A stretch of DNA of 27,221 nt from an uncultured Acidimicrobiia bacterium (GCA_963836205.1 CAWIIV010000003.1:1-27221), one strand, 5' to 3'; numbered from the stretch's first letter, positions 8,078 to 17,004 are shown. The notes: generated by a model from the sequence alone, not told the origin. Numbers and translations: made by a program.

Positions 8078-8590
8078 TCAGCCCGCGGGCTCGACCTCGA
8101 AGATGTCGGCGGGGGCGCTGGCCATGAGGCGGTCGGCCATCGCCTGCTTGAGGGCGGTGAAGCGGGCCTCGTCGGCGGGAGTGCGGTCGGGCTTGCGGGC
8201 CATGGCCACGAACTCGTCGGTGACCTGCCCCTCCCGCACGAGGAGCGTCACCGCGGCGTCGCCGTAGCGGGGGCGGAAGACGAACTGCTCCAGGGTGGTG
8301 CCCCGATCGGGGCGCTCGAGGGCGGCGTCGACGAGGTAGCGCCCCTCGGTCAGGCCCCGGGTGACGAGCTCGAACGCGTCACGGGCGCCCGGGCCTCGGA
8401 AGGCGGTCTCGATCACGATCCGGCGGCGCTCGAGGGGCCACTCGGGATCGAGGAGGGGAAAGGCGAGCTCCATGGCCTTGAAGGCCATGGCCACTCCGGC
8501 CGGGCTGCCGGGTCCGCTGTAGCGGAGCATCTCGTCGAACGAGAAGGCCAGGGCCACCCCGTCGTCCACCACCTCCAGCACGTTCCTCAC
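8078..8590 (-). CDS. Conserved hypothetical protein, possibly FmdE/FwdE-like
   Basis: GC3-rich ORF; YSGPGSPAGVAMAF and GPGARDAFELVTR loosely resemble FmdE-like proteins; leaderless start (TACGAT at 8602-8597, then 6 nt, then GTG). Confidence 0.7.
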   Translation of the reverse strand: MRNVLEVVDDGVALAFSFDEMLRYSGPGSPAGVAMAFKAMELAFPLLDPEWPLERRRIVIETAFRGPGARDAFELVTRGLTEGRYLVDAALERPDRGTTLEQFVFRPRYGDAAVTLLVREGQVTDEFVAMARKPDRTPADEARFTALKQAMADRLMASAPADIFEVEPAG

Positions 8591-8653
8591 GTACCGATCG
8601 TACGACCGGGCGGCCTATGGTCCTGACCAGGCCCCGTCCACCAAAGGAGACCG

Positions 8654-9310
8654 ATGAAGGTTGCGATGCTGGGAACGGGCGTGGTCGGCCAGACCCTCGG
8701 CACCCGGCTGGCCGGCCTGGGCCACCAGGTGATGATGGGCGCCCGCCAGGCCGGCAACGAGAAGGCGGCGGCCTGGGCCGCGGGGCTCGGGCCGTCCGCC
8801 TCGGCCGGCACCTTCGCCGAAGCCGCCGCCTTCGGCGAGCTGGTGGTCAATGCCACCGCGGGCTCGGTGTCGGTCGAGGTCCTCACCGCCGCCGGCGAGG
8901 ACAACCTGGCGGGCAAGGTCGTGCTCGACGTCTCCAACCCCCTCGACTTCTCGAAGGGCATGCCGCCGACCCTCTCGGTCTGCAACACCGACTCCGTGGG
9001 CGAGCAGCTCCAGGCCCGGTTCCCCGCCGTGCGGGTGGTCAAGTCCCTCAACACGGTCAACGCCGACGTGATGGTGCACCCCGAGATCGTCCCCGGGTCG
9101 CACACCATGTTCCTGTGCGGCAACGACGCCGACGCCAAGGACGAGGTGCGGGCGGTGCTGGAGAGCTTCGGCTGGCCCGCCGCCGACCTCCTCGACCTGG
9201 GCGACATCGGCGCCGCCCGGGGGATGGAGATGTACCTGCCCCTCTGGCTGCGCCTGTGGGGCGCCACCGGCACCGGCCACCTCAACGTCAAGGTCTGCGT
9301 CGGGACCTAG
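8654..9310 (+). CDS. NADPH-dependent F420 reductase family oxidoreductase
   Basis: AAGGAG SD; Rossmann LGTGVVG, LDVSNPLD, VVKSLNT, LDLGDIGAARGME. Confidence 0.9.
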   Translation: MKVAMLGTGVVGQTLGTRLAGLGHQVMMGARQAGNEKAAAWAAGLGPSASAGTFAEAAAFGELVVNATAGSVSVEVLTAAGEDNLAGKVVLDVSNPLDFSKGMPPTLSVCNTDSVGEQLQARFPAVRVVKSLNTVNADVMVHPEIVPGSHTMFLCGNDADAKDEVRAVLESFGWPAADLLDLGDIGAARGMEMYLPLWLRLWGATGTGHLNVKVCVGT

Positions 9311-9496
9311 TGCCGCGTCAGGCAACGTCGGCCCTGTCCGCCAACGGCACCTCGGGGACACGCTGGCAACGGCAGGGGACCAGCATTATTGGGGCCACGT
9401 TCTGGGCACACCACCGCACGTCGCCAGCGCGCCCCGAGCCGTCGATCTGTACACATCGGCCGGCCCGGACGCCAGTAAGGGGCATCTACTCGAGAA

Positions 9497-9599
9497 TTGC
9501 GGGTCAGCGCAGCTACCGGCGTCGACGATCCTGGAGCACAACCCCTCGCAGCCCCTCTACCTCCTGACCGAACCGGACATGGGATACCGCTTCGTCCCC
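9497..9599 (+). pseudogene. Relic of the C-terminus of a KdpE/OmpR-family response regulator
   Basis: 9531-9599 translates LEHNPSQPLYLLTEPDMGYRFVP; LRV, AQL and RR pieces lie just upstream in shifting frames; no start codon and no receiver domain. Confidence 0.6.
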
Positions 9600-9676
9600 G
9601 GCCCGCCGTCGAACCCGGCTGATCGGGCGTATACGCTTGCTCCTTCGTCGCCCGGCGGGCGACATAGAGGCGGACG

Positions 9677-10336
9677 ATGGCGACGCTGAGCACCACGACG
9701 ACGAACGCGGGCCTGCGAAGAACCACGAGGCGGGCCGGGTTGGTGGGCTTCCTCCTGGCGGCGATGGTGGCCTGCAGCGGATCGGACTCGGACGACGGGG
9801 CGAGTCCCATCTCGGCCCCCGGGTCGACGCCGACGACGGCCGCCGGTGGGGGGTCGGGCGTGACCACATCGGCCCTGGCGCCCGTTACCACCGAGCCTTC
9901 CCGGCCACCCGCCACGAGGGGGCCTCAGACGGTCGTCGTCGGGCCCGTCACGTTCCACGTCCCGGCCAACTGGACCTCGTTCGAGAGCGGCGGCTCCACC
10001 TACGTGGGTGAGAGCGCGGGTAAGCAGGGACACATGAACCTCATCGTGACGACTGACTACGGCGGGACCGTCGACGCCCTCCGTCACGACCGGTGCCAGG
10101 GTGACGGGACCCACGAGTCGAAGCCACCAGCGAACGTGGAGCTGATCGAGTCGGGGTTCGAACCGGTGGGCCGCGCCACGGCCGAGTTCCGCCGGTGGCG
10201 TTTCGCCTGCCCGGACTCCGAGATCACGGTCGAGGAGCACCGGGCCTGGCTCCTTCCCGTATCCCGCGTCGGGATCGTCGAGCAGCGCCACGTCCCCCAG
10301 GTGCTCGACGTGGTCACGACCGCCGAGGTGGCCTGA
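9677..10336 (+). CDS. Putative lipoprotein
   Basis: Basic N-region, hydrophobic stretch, MVAC lipobox-like site, Ser/Thr/Pro linker, then a folded domain with two Cys. Start uncertain. Confidence 0.7.
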   Translation: MATLSTTTTNAGLRRTTRRAGLVGFLLAAMVACSGSDSDDGASPISAPGSTPTTAAGGGSGVTTSALAPVTTEPSRPPATRGPQTVVVGPVTFHVPANWTSFESGGSTYVGESAGKQGHMNLIVTTDYGGTVDALRHDRCQGDGTHESKPPANVELIESGFEPVGRATAEFRRWRFACPDSEITVEEHRAWLLPVSRVGIVEQRHVPQVLDVVTTAEVA

Positions 10337-10455
10337 CCCTCCCAAGGAGATGGCGGGCCGCGGGTTAGGCCTGGGGGCACCATGGCCAGGTTGAGGCACA
10401 GACGCCTAGGGCACTCATCACCCCGAGTTACCTCACAAGATGTATGCTTATCTGC

Positions 10456-10650
10456 ATGCGGAGCACCAGCGTTCGCATCGATGTAGCCACACACGAAGAG
10501 CTCAAACGACTTGCCGCGGAACTCAACACCACGGTCGGCAACACCGTGTCCCTTGCAGTTCGCGCGCTTCGCCAAGACCGCGTCGGCGCGGACCTCGCGG
10601 CACCGCTTCGTGAGAACGAGACTGCCTGGCTCGATGCCGACGTCGGGTGA
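10456..10650 (+). CDS. Putative type II antitoxin, ribbon-helix-helix-like, 64 aa
   Basis: TSVRIDVATHEELKRLA beta-alpha start; acidic tail WLDAD; overlaps the toxin gene; TATGCT -10 (10443-10448) lies 7 nt before ATG 10456. Confidence 0.75.
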   Translation: MRSTSVRIDVATHEELKRLAAELNTTVGNTVSLAVRALRQDRVGADLAAPLRENETAWLDADVG

Positions 10651-10975
10651 TGTCGTCGATCTCGAGCTAGGCCCGCCGGAAGGACGAGAGGCGGGATTCC
10701 GCCATCCAGCGATCCTCGTTACGGCCGAACGAATCCTCGATGCCCGACCCTCGGTCGTCCACGTCGTCCCGCTTACGAGCAACATTCGCTCGTTCCACTC
10801 CGAGGTGGTGCTCGAGCCCGACAGCAGCAACGGCCTCGACGTCGCATCGGCGGCGCAGTGCCAGCACATCCGAGCCGTCTCGCCACATCGGATCATCGAC
10901 GTACGCGGCAACGTCGGCACGACCGTGCTGAGCCAGCTGCGCGAGACCATCGCCGTCATCCTCGATCTGCCCTGA
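10634..10975 (+). CDS. mazF: PemK/MazF-family endoribonuclease toxin, 113 aa
   Basis: GDVVDLELGPPEGREAGFRHPAILV, VVPLTS, NGL...SAAQCQHIRAVSPHRI. Confidence 0.9.
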   Translation: MPTSGDVVDLELGPPEGREAGFRHPAILVTAERILDARPSVVHVVPLTSNIRSFHSEVVLEPDSSNGLDVASAAQCQHIRAVSPHRIIDVRGNVGTTVLSQLRETIAVILDLP

Positions 10976-11434
10976 CGACGACAACGTCGCGCGATATGGC
11001 ACGAGAGCGCCACCCGTAGCCGTCGTTCTGGTCGCGCTTGGGGACGTAGCGATGCGAGGATCGCGAGCCCGTCGTGCGTCGCCTACCCGATCGCAGCTAA
11101 TCCGCGTAGCCCGCGAGAGCGGAGTTGAACTACGTCGATGGACGTCGTCACTATCGCCGTCAACGACAACGAAAGGCTCGGCTTCGCCATGGAGGACAGC
11201 GCCCGGTCGCGGGAGAGGTGCTCGTCCGTTCCGGACATCCAGCTGCTGAGTCTCGCAGCGAACCTCGCTCGCGAGGACGCCGATTTCCCATCGCTGGGAC
11301 CATGGAAGCGAATACGCCCGACGACCCCGTCGGGGCCTCTATGTCTTCCGTTCCTCCTGCACGCTCCTCGTCATGCTGGGCTGGCCGCGGCCTGACGTGT
11401 CGCCCGCGTATGCTCACTGGCGTGACTCCATTAC

Positions 11435-12703
11435 GTGGAACGCTATCCGAGCGCTAACGGGGTGGATCCTTACGACGTCTTCGTACCGGCTGGCTTACCG
11501 ACCATCACCTACAACCCACGCGAGTCGACTGGATTAGAAGACAAGATCCGGCAATACCTCAGGGCGCCGCATAGTATCCTGACAATCTCCGGTCACACAA
11601 AAAGCGGTAAGACCGTATTGTTGAAGAACGTCCTCACCGACGAGCACGTCTGGCTTGAGGGCTCATCGATCAGTTCGGAGAAGGATATCTGGACGCAGCT
11701 CGCTTACGCCATGGGCATATACGAGACGGAGCATTCCAGTTTGACTCACTCGACGGCGGATGACTCCGGACGCTCGGCCGGACTCAACGTTCCAGTTGCG
11801 CAGACGTCGCGTTCACATCAAGAGCGTGAAAGCATCGAGAGGTCTCGGGACCACACGCGAGTGGTACCCGTACAGGCCTCCGTCATCAACAAATTGAAGC
11901 GCTCGCCAATTCCGATAGTAATCGACGACTTTCATTTTGTCAGTGGCGAGACGCAGGAAAGGTTTGTACGCGGCATTAAGCCTTGCCTCCTCCACGGGCT
12001 GCCCGTTGTCTTGCTTGTAGTACCTCACAAAGCGAATGAGGCGGTTCAGGCAGAACCGGAGATGAGCGGTAGAGTCACGAATGTCCGGGTGCCGCCCTGG
12101 CGCGCCGACGAGCTGCGACGAATCGCCCAACTTGGGTTTAGCGCACTCAACGTCGAGCTGTCCGAGGGCTTGATGGACGACTTTGTGGATCAGTCTGCCG
12201 GTAGCCCGCTACTAATGCAGCAGTTCTGCCTTCAAGTCCTGATCTCCAGTGGGCGCCGTAGCGTTGTGTCGGGCATTACACACCTATCTCTCGCCGATCG
12301 AAGCGAATTCTTTGTTCAATGTGCGGAGGCTCTGACGGTTTCGATGGACTTCTATCGGATGTCGAGAGGTTCTCTCCGTGGCTCCGGAAGCAGGAAACAA
12401 ATGCTCGGCTCCTGGGGAGAAGAGGCCCGCGATATCTACGGGGTGGTCATGAACGCGATCACTGAGTGCTCTCCGAGTAACGCCATCACGTACCGACAGC
12501 TTCGAGCCTCGTTGGCCAGGTCGATCCGACCGGAGGACATGCCACGAAAGAACCAAGTTACAAGAGCCCTCCGTGAAATAGATAAGATTGCACGGCAGTC
12601 AACCGGGTCGCCGGTTCTTGAATGGGATGCGCGCGACGAGGTCCTTTACATTGTGGACCCGTTCTTCGCCTTTTTTGTCCATTGGGTGGCGCCAGGACTG
12701 TGA
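11435..12703 (+). CDS. P-loop (AAA+/STAND-like) ATPase with probable C-terminal winged helix
   Basis: Walker A GHTKSGKT, Walker B IVIDDFH, GSPLLMQ GxP helix, C-terminal VLEWD...LYIVDPFF. Confidence 0.85.
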   Translation: MERYPSANGVDPYDVFVPAGLPTITYNPRESTGLEDKIRQYLRAPHSILTISGHTKSGKTVLLKNVLTDEHVWLEGSSISSEKDIWTQLAYAMGIYETEHSSLTHSTADDSGRSAGLNVPVAQTSRSHQERESIERSRDHTRVVPVQASVINKLKRSPIPIVIDDFHFVSGETQERFVRGIKPCLLHGLPVVLLVVPHKANEAVQAEPEMSGRVTNVRVPPWRADELRRIAQLGFSALNVELSEGLMDDFVDQSAGSPLLMQQFCLQVLISSGRRSVVSGITHLSLADRSEFFVQCAEALTVSMDFYRMSRGSLRGSGSRKQMLGSWGEEARDIYGVVMNAITECSPSNAITYRQLRASLARSIRPEDMPRKNQVTRALREIDKIARQSTGSPVLEWDARDEVLYIVDPFFAFFVHWVAPGL

Positions 12704-12756
12704 CGGAAGGACACGCACGCAAGCGATGACAACTCACTACTGGAAGACATCCACTC

Positions 12757-13869
12757 ATGGGTAAGACGCATCGAGTACTGCTAATTACGACGGGCGGATC
12801 ACTCATCGCTGGCCTAGTCGCATCGGAACGAGGTCATTCCTCGCACGGTGGTAAGGATGCCGATGTTGAGCGGCTCGTTAGCCCTGCGATCGACTTTCTA
12901 AACCGCCAGTTCGGCCTTAACATAGAGTTGGAAACTGTCGCACTGTACGACATTGAGAGTTCTGATCTCGGACCGACGCATTGGAGCGAACTCGCTGGCC
13001 TGATCGCAGAGCGCTATGATGACTACGACTCCTTTATTGTCTTCCACGGGCGCAGCACATTAGGTTATACGGCGGCGGCCCTCTCATTCGCGTTAGCGAA
13101 TCCCAACAAGCCTATCTTGTTGACGGGATGCCAGCTGCCGTTTGGTGTGCCGGGCTCAGACTGTCTCAGCAACATTGAGAACGCACTCCGCCTGGCCGTT
13201 TGGAGCCGACACGATCGAGTTCCACTGGTCGGTGTCTTTGTCGTGTGGGGAGGCGAAGTCATCACTGGAACCCGAGTGAGAAATACTTCATCGACTTATG
13301 ACTCGTTCGAGTCGTCTAGCTTAGGAAAAGTTGGGCGAGTGGGTCGCGTGATCACCATCAACGAGTTGAGCCTCCAGCGCCACCTTGGCTATCTAAGTAC
13401 CAACATGTATCCTCGAGCCCATTCAAGTAGAAGCTTGATATGCCAAAACGACTTTGACATGCGGATCGCCTCGCTGACGGAGTTTCCCGGCATGTCGATG
13501 ACGCAACTGAGCAGGCTTGCCAACGACGACGACGTCAAGGGTTTCATCATTCGTTCGTTCGGAGCGGGGGCGCCAAGTTCCGACCTGATTCGGACCCTCG
13601 AGCACTTAAGAGATCGGCAGATACCCGTAGTCATCACTTCACAAACGGAATATGAGATCAGCAACTTCCTCGCGAACGAGTCCGGAATTGTTCTTCGTAA
13701 TAGGAGTCTCGCTATTCCTGCGTACGACATGAGTATTGAAGCTCAGACGACGAAGTTGGGTTGGTTACTCGCCCGCCAGCGGTCCGGCCAGATTGGGTAC
13801 GAGGGAGTTTGTGCTGAGATGGTTCATGATTTGCGCGGGGAAATCCAGGTCATGTGGGACGTCGGATGA
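12757..13869 (+). CDS. Type I L-asparaginase-fold protein with degenerate active-site motifs
   Basis: LLITTGGSL, IESSDL, HGRSTLGYTAAALSF, KPILLTGCQ, FGAG, IPVVITSQ, DMSIEAQTTKLGWLL, DLRGEI are collinear with AnsA-type enzymes. Confidence 0.85.
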   Translation: MGKTHRVLLITTGGSLIAGLVASERGHSSHGGKDADVERLVSPAIDFLNRQFGLNIELETVALYDIESSDLGPTHWSELAGLIAERYDDYDSFIVFHGRSTLGYTAAALSFALANPNKPILLTGCQLPFGVPGSDCLSNIENALRLAVWSRHDRVPLVGVFVVWGGEVITGTRVRNTSSTYDSFESSSLGKVGRVGRVITINELSLQRHLGYLSTNMYPRAHSSRSLICQNDFDMRIASLTEFPGMSMTQLSRLANDDDVKGFIIRSFGAGAPSSDLIRTLEHLRDRQIPVVITSQTEYEISNFLANESGIVLRNRSLAIPAYDMSIEAQTTKLGWLLARQRSGQIGYEGVCAEMVHDLRGEIQVMWDVG

Positions 13870-13889
13870 ATCGATCAGGACGGCGGGAC

Positions 13890-14054
13890 TCAGGACGCGT
13901 CTTCCGGCATCCCCATCGCTACATTTGGCCAGCCGAACTAGACCAGATGGGTCGCATCGCTGGCTTCACGCTCGAGAGCCGCCACGGCGGCTGGAACGCT
14001 GAGCCCTTCACGGCGGACTCATCGGATCACGTACCCATCTATCGCGTCGCCTGA
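13890..14054 (+). pseudogene. 3' fragment of an actinobacterial class I SAM methyltransferase
   Basis: HRYIWPAELDQMGRIAGFTLESRHGGWNAEPFTADSSDHVPIY matches the C-terminal pattern I recall for that family; no SAM-binding N-terminus. Confidence 0.65.
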
Positions 14055-14370
14055 CCCCACCTCGCCTTGGCGTCCTCCGCGCCCTATTCGGCGATCTGAT
14101 CACACGGGCGCACCGGCCGAGGTGTCCCGGAACGCCCCCCGCACGGCGGTTCGCGACGTGTCCCAGACCGCCGGCTCGAAGGCGCGACCCGACGACGGAA
14201 TCGTGCCTGACGTAGCACTGGACGGCGTTGCTCTAATCGTCTTCCACAGCGCCGCCACCGCAAAGGCCCCACGTCACAGCGTCAAGAAACTGTCAGATTC
14301 TCCAGAACGGCCAATTGCTCATCAGCGTCCAAGCCTTGGCGCGCCGGGCGCACCGGCTGGTCAGGGCTGG

Positions 14371-14763
14371 TCAGGGCTCCAGCAGGCCGGGGTGGGCGGG
14401 GACGTCGACCGCGTGTTCCCGGAGGGCCGCCAGGGGCACGATGTCGAGGGCCCGCTCGTGGGTGCAGGCCAGGACCACGAACGAGGCCGCCCCGTCGCGG
14501 TGGGCCCGCAGCCAGTTGGCGGCCGTCACGCACCAGCGGTCGCCCGGCCGGAGTCCCGGGAAGCGGAACTCGGGTCGGGGCGTGCTCAGGTCGTTGCCGA
14601 TCCGGCGCTGGTGGTCGAGGAACTCGGCGGTGACGACGGCGCAGATGGTGTGGCTGCCCCGATCCTCGGGCCCCGTGCTGCAACATCCGTCCCGGTAGAA
14701 GCCGGTGACCGGGTCGGTGCCACACGGCTCCAACTCGCCTCCGAGCACGTTGCGTTCGGCCAT
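14371..14763 (-). CDS. DUF2237 family protein
   Basis: NVLGGELEPC, TGFYRDGCC, GNDLSTP, FPGLRPGDRWC, THERAL. Confidence 0.9.
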   Translation of the reverse strand: MAERNVLGGELEPCGTDPVTGFYRDGCCSTGPEDRGSHTICAVVTAEFLDHQRRIGNDLSTPRPEFRFPGLRPGDRWCVTAANWLRAHRDGAASFVVLACTHERALDIVPLAALREHAVDVPAHPGLLEP

Positions 14764-14812
14764 CCCCGCAGTATCGCCCGTGACGCCCGCGGTTGCCCGT
14801 GCGCCCGGGCGA

Positions 14813-15271
14813 TCAGACCCAGTAGCGGGGGGGGCAGTTGAAGGCTTGGAGGAGCGGCACTCGGCTGGGGTCGTCGTGCATGCCTTGAACGTCGTAGGTG
14901 TTGTTGATGTCGGCGCACTTGATCGGGTCGTAGGGCGGGATCGTGGTGGTGGTGACCAGGCTGGTCGGCGGCTCGGTGACCGGCAGCTGCGTCGTCGGCG
15001 GAATGGTGACGATGGTCGCCACGGTCGTCGCCGGGCGGGCGGTGGTCGGCGGGGCGGCAGTGGTCGTCGGCGCGGGCGCGGCGGTGGTCGTGGTGGTGGA
15101 CGGTGCCCGGGTGGTGGTGGTGCGGGCCACGGTGGTGGTCGTCGACTCGATGGCCGTGGTGGACGCCACCTGGCGCATGGGCCGGTCCTCCTGACCGAGG
15201 ACGACGCCGACGCCGACCGCCGACAGGAAGATCGCTGCGAGCAGGCCGACGAACAGCCTCGTCCGGTTCAT
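14813..15271 (-). CDS. Exported or membrane-anchored Thr/Pro-rich protein
   Basis: N-terminal hydrophobic signal, poly-Thr low-complexity stalk, small C-terminal domain with two Cys. Confidence 0.7.
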   Translation of the reverse strand: MNRTRLFVGLLAAIFLSAVGVGVVLGQEDRPMRQVASTTAIESTTTTVARTTTTRAPSTTTTTAAPAPTTTAAPPTTARPATTVATIVTIPPTTQLPVTEPPTSLVTTTTIPPYDPIKCADINNTYDVQGMHDDPSRVPLLQAFNCPPRYWV

Positions 15272-15278
15272 AGGAGCG

Positions 15279-15307
15279 TTATCGGCACGAAAGTGGTCCG
15301 CCTGTAG
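15279..15307 (-). promoter_or_regulatory. Sigma28 (FliA/WhiG)-type promoter, leaderless
   Basis: TACA-N16-GCCGATAA (perfect sigma28 -10), 7 nt before ATG 15271. Confidence 0.55.
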
Positions 15308-15377
15308 GTCATTCGGACTACTCGGAGCCCCTTTTTGGGCGCCCGCGGACGCTTACGGACGGGCCGTGGCCACCGTC

Positions 15378-15395
15378 GGGGCCGTCACCGGGCCT
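15378..15395 (-). repeat. 18-bp inverted repeat, copy 1
   Basis: Reverse complement AGGCCCGGTGACGGCCCC is identical to 22314-22331. Confidence 0.5.
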
Positions 15396-15439
15396 TCGCC
15401 GACGGGAGGCGGGCGCTGGTGGCGGTGGTCACCCACCCG

Positions 15440-15468
15440 TTGTCGACCACCGGTCGCACCCGCTTGAG
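15440..15468 (-). promoter_or_regulatory. Putative sigma28-type promoter
   Basis: CTCA-N17-GTCGACAA, 7 nt before GTG 15432. Confidence 0.3.
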
Positions 15469-15966
15469 CCCGGGCGAGAAATGGGCGGGGATTGGCTGAC
15501 TGGTCCGGCACCGAACGGGGTAAGGGAGGCCCGATGACGGGCCGGTATACAACGGTGACCACGGCATCGGCGGTAGCCGGTGCCCCCACGGAAGCGCACC
15601 CGCCCCGGGCGACCGGCGGGGCTCGTCCGTACCGTCCGCACCCTCACGGGCCCGAACGGCCTCCGAAACATCGCCCCGCCGAGCATCCGACCGCGGTGGC
15701 CGTGTCCGTCCGAGATCCGCACCTCACCTCCTAAGCGGTCGGACTCCTCGCATGGCAGCCTCGCCGAGGACACCTCGGCTGACCCGGGTACTTCCCTCGA
15801 CCCTCTCGCCGCGTGCGGAGTCCTCTCCCGCGCCCCACCGGCACGACCTGCAGCCACGCGGGCCGATCCACCACCGCCAGCCCCTGCACCCCTGCTAGGC
15901 GCCATGGGCGTTCGCTCCCTTCCGCCCCCTTCCGAGTGGGCCGCCGTCCCCGAGAGGAGCGCGGAG

Positions 15967-17004
15967 GTGCCCCGGCTCCCCCCCCGCCGCAAAACCCACG
16001 GCCGACACCCCCGCCGCAGCCGGGCCCTGGCCGCCATCGGCCGCACCCCCCTCGTCGACGTCGCCCTGCGGGTGGACGGCCGGTGGCGCCGGGTGGGGTT
16101 GAAGCTCGAGTCGCACAACCCGGCCGGCTCGATCAAGGACCGGACGGCGTACTCCCTGATCCGCAGCCTGGAACGCATGGAGGAGCTGCGGCCCGGTGAC
16201 CGCCTGGTCGAGTCCACCTCGGGAAACCTGGGGGTTGCGCTGGCCCTGATCAGCCGGGAGCGGGGCTACACCTTTACCGCGGTCGTCGATCCCAAGGTCG
16301 ACCCGCTGGTCGTCGATCGGATCCACGGCCTGGGGGCGGAGGTCGTCCTGACCGACGAGGTCGACGCCACCGGCGGCTACCTGCTGTCGAGGCTCCGGTT
16401 GGTGGAGCAGATGGTGGCCGAGGACGGCACGGTCTGGCCCAACCAGTACGGCAACCCGGCCAACCCGGCGGTCCACTACCACCACACCGCACCCGAGGTC
16501 CGCCGCCAGGCGCCCGACGTCGACGCGGTGTTCGTGGCCACGTCGACCGGCGGCACCCTCGCCGGCTTCGGCCGCTACTTCAAGGCCGTCAGCCCGCGGG
16601 TCCGGGTGGTGGCGGTCGACGTGCCCGGCTCGCTGGTGTTCGGCACCACCTACGCCCCCCGCCTGCTCAACGGGGTGGGGTCGAGCCGCGCCTCTCAGTT
16701 CCTGAGCCCCGCCGACTACGACGACGTCGTCATCGTAGGCGACAGGGACGCCGTCGCCGCGTGCCACCTCATCCAGGGGTCGGTGGGCATCGGGCTGGGC
16801 GGCTCGTCGGGGGCGGTGGTGGCTGCCTGCGCCCGCTACCTGTCCGCCCATCGCGAGGTGCGACGGGCCGTGTGCATCTGCCCCGACGGGAGCGCCAACT
16901 ATGCCAGCAGCATCTACGGCACCTCCTGGCTGGCCCGGTTCGGCTTCCGCCCGGAGAAGGACGCGGCCGAGCTTCCCTTCGACGACGCCGTACTGGCCCG
17001 GTGA
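15967..17004 (+). CDS. sbnA: SbnA-like PLP enzyme of the cysteine synthase family (2,3-diaminopropionate biosynthesis)
   Basis: KLESHNPAGSIKDR, ESTSGNLG, SbnA-type GGYLLSRL, WPNQYGN, GSLVFG...GVGSSR, GGSSG. Start uncertain: GTG 15967 after GAGGAG, or ATG 15904. Confidence 0.85.
   Translation: MPRLPPRRKTHGRHPRRSRALAAIGRTPLVDVALRVDGRWRRVGLKLESHNPAGSIKDRTAYSLIRSLERMEELRPGDRLVESTSGNLGVALALISRERGYTFTAVVDPKVDPLVVDRIHGLGAEVVLTDEVDATGGYLLSRLRLVEQMVAEDGTVWPNQYGNPANPAVHYHHTAPEVRRQAPDVDAVFVATSTGGTLAGFGRYFKAVSPRVRVVAVDVPGSLVFGTTYAPRLLNGVGSSRASQFLSPADYDDVVIVGDRDAVAACHLIQGSVGIGLGGSSGAVVAACARYLSAHREVRRAVCICPDGSANYASSIYGTSWLARFGFRPEKDAAELPFDDAVLAR

Larger units (their letters stand above)
10380..14060. mobile_element. 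Lower-GC genomic islet; boundaries approximate, no integrase seen
   Basis: Visible drop in GC and many A/T-ending codons, strongest at 11400-13870; TA module cargo; truncated gene at the right edge. Confidence 0.6.

Noticed and set aside
11052-11395. Short ORFs between mazF and the ATPase, such as 11138..11395
   Set aside because: No motifs, weak codon bias and several competing frames; cannot be supported as genes.
10328-14057. GT(G/C)GCCTGACCC at both islet edges as att sites
   Set aside because: Only 11 of 12 match, both are Val-Ala-stop gene ends, and no integrase or tRNA is present.
14105-14378. 13-bp direct repeat CGGGCGCACCGGC (14105, 14345) and tandem GGCTGGTCAG
   Set aside because: Short and GC-rich, so expected by chance; no element lies between them.
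14940-15170. Repetitive GTG/GTC tracts as a possible array
   Set aside because: Explained by poly-Thr codons on the minus strand; no repeat-spacer period, so not CRISPR.
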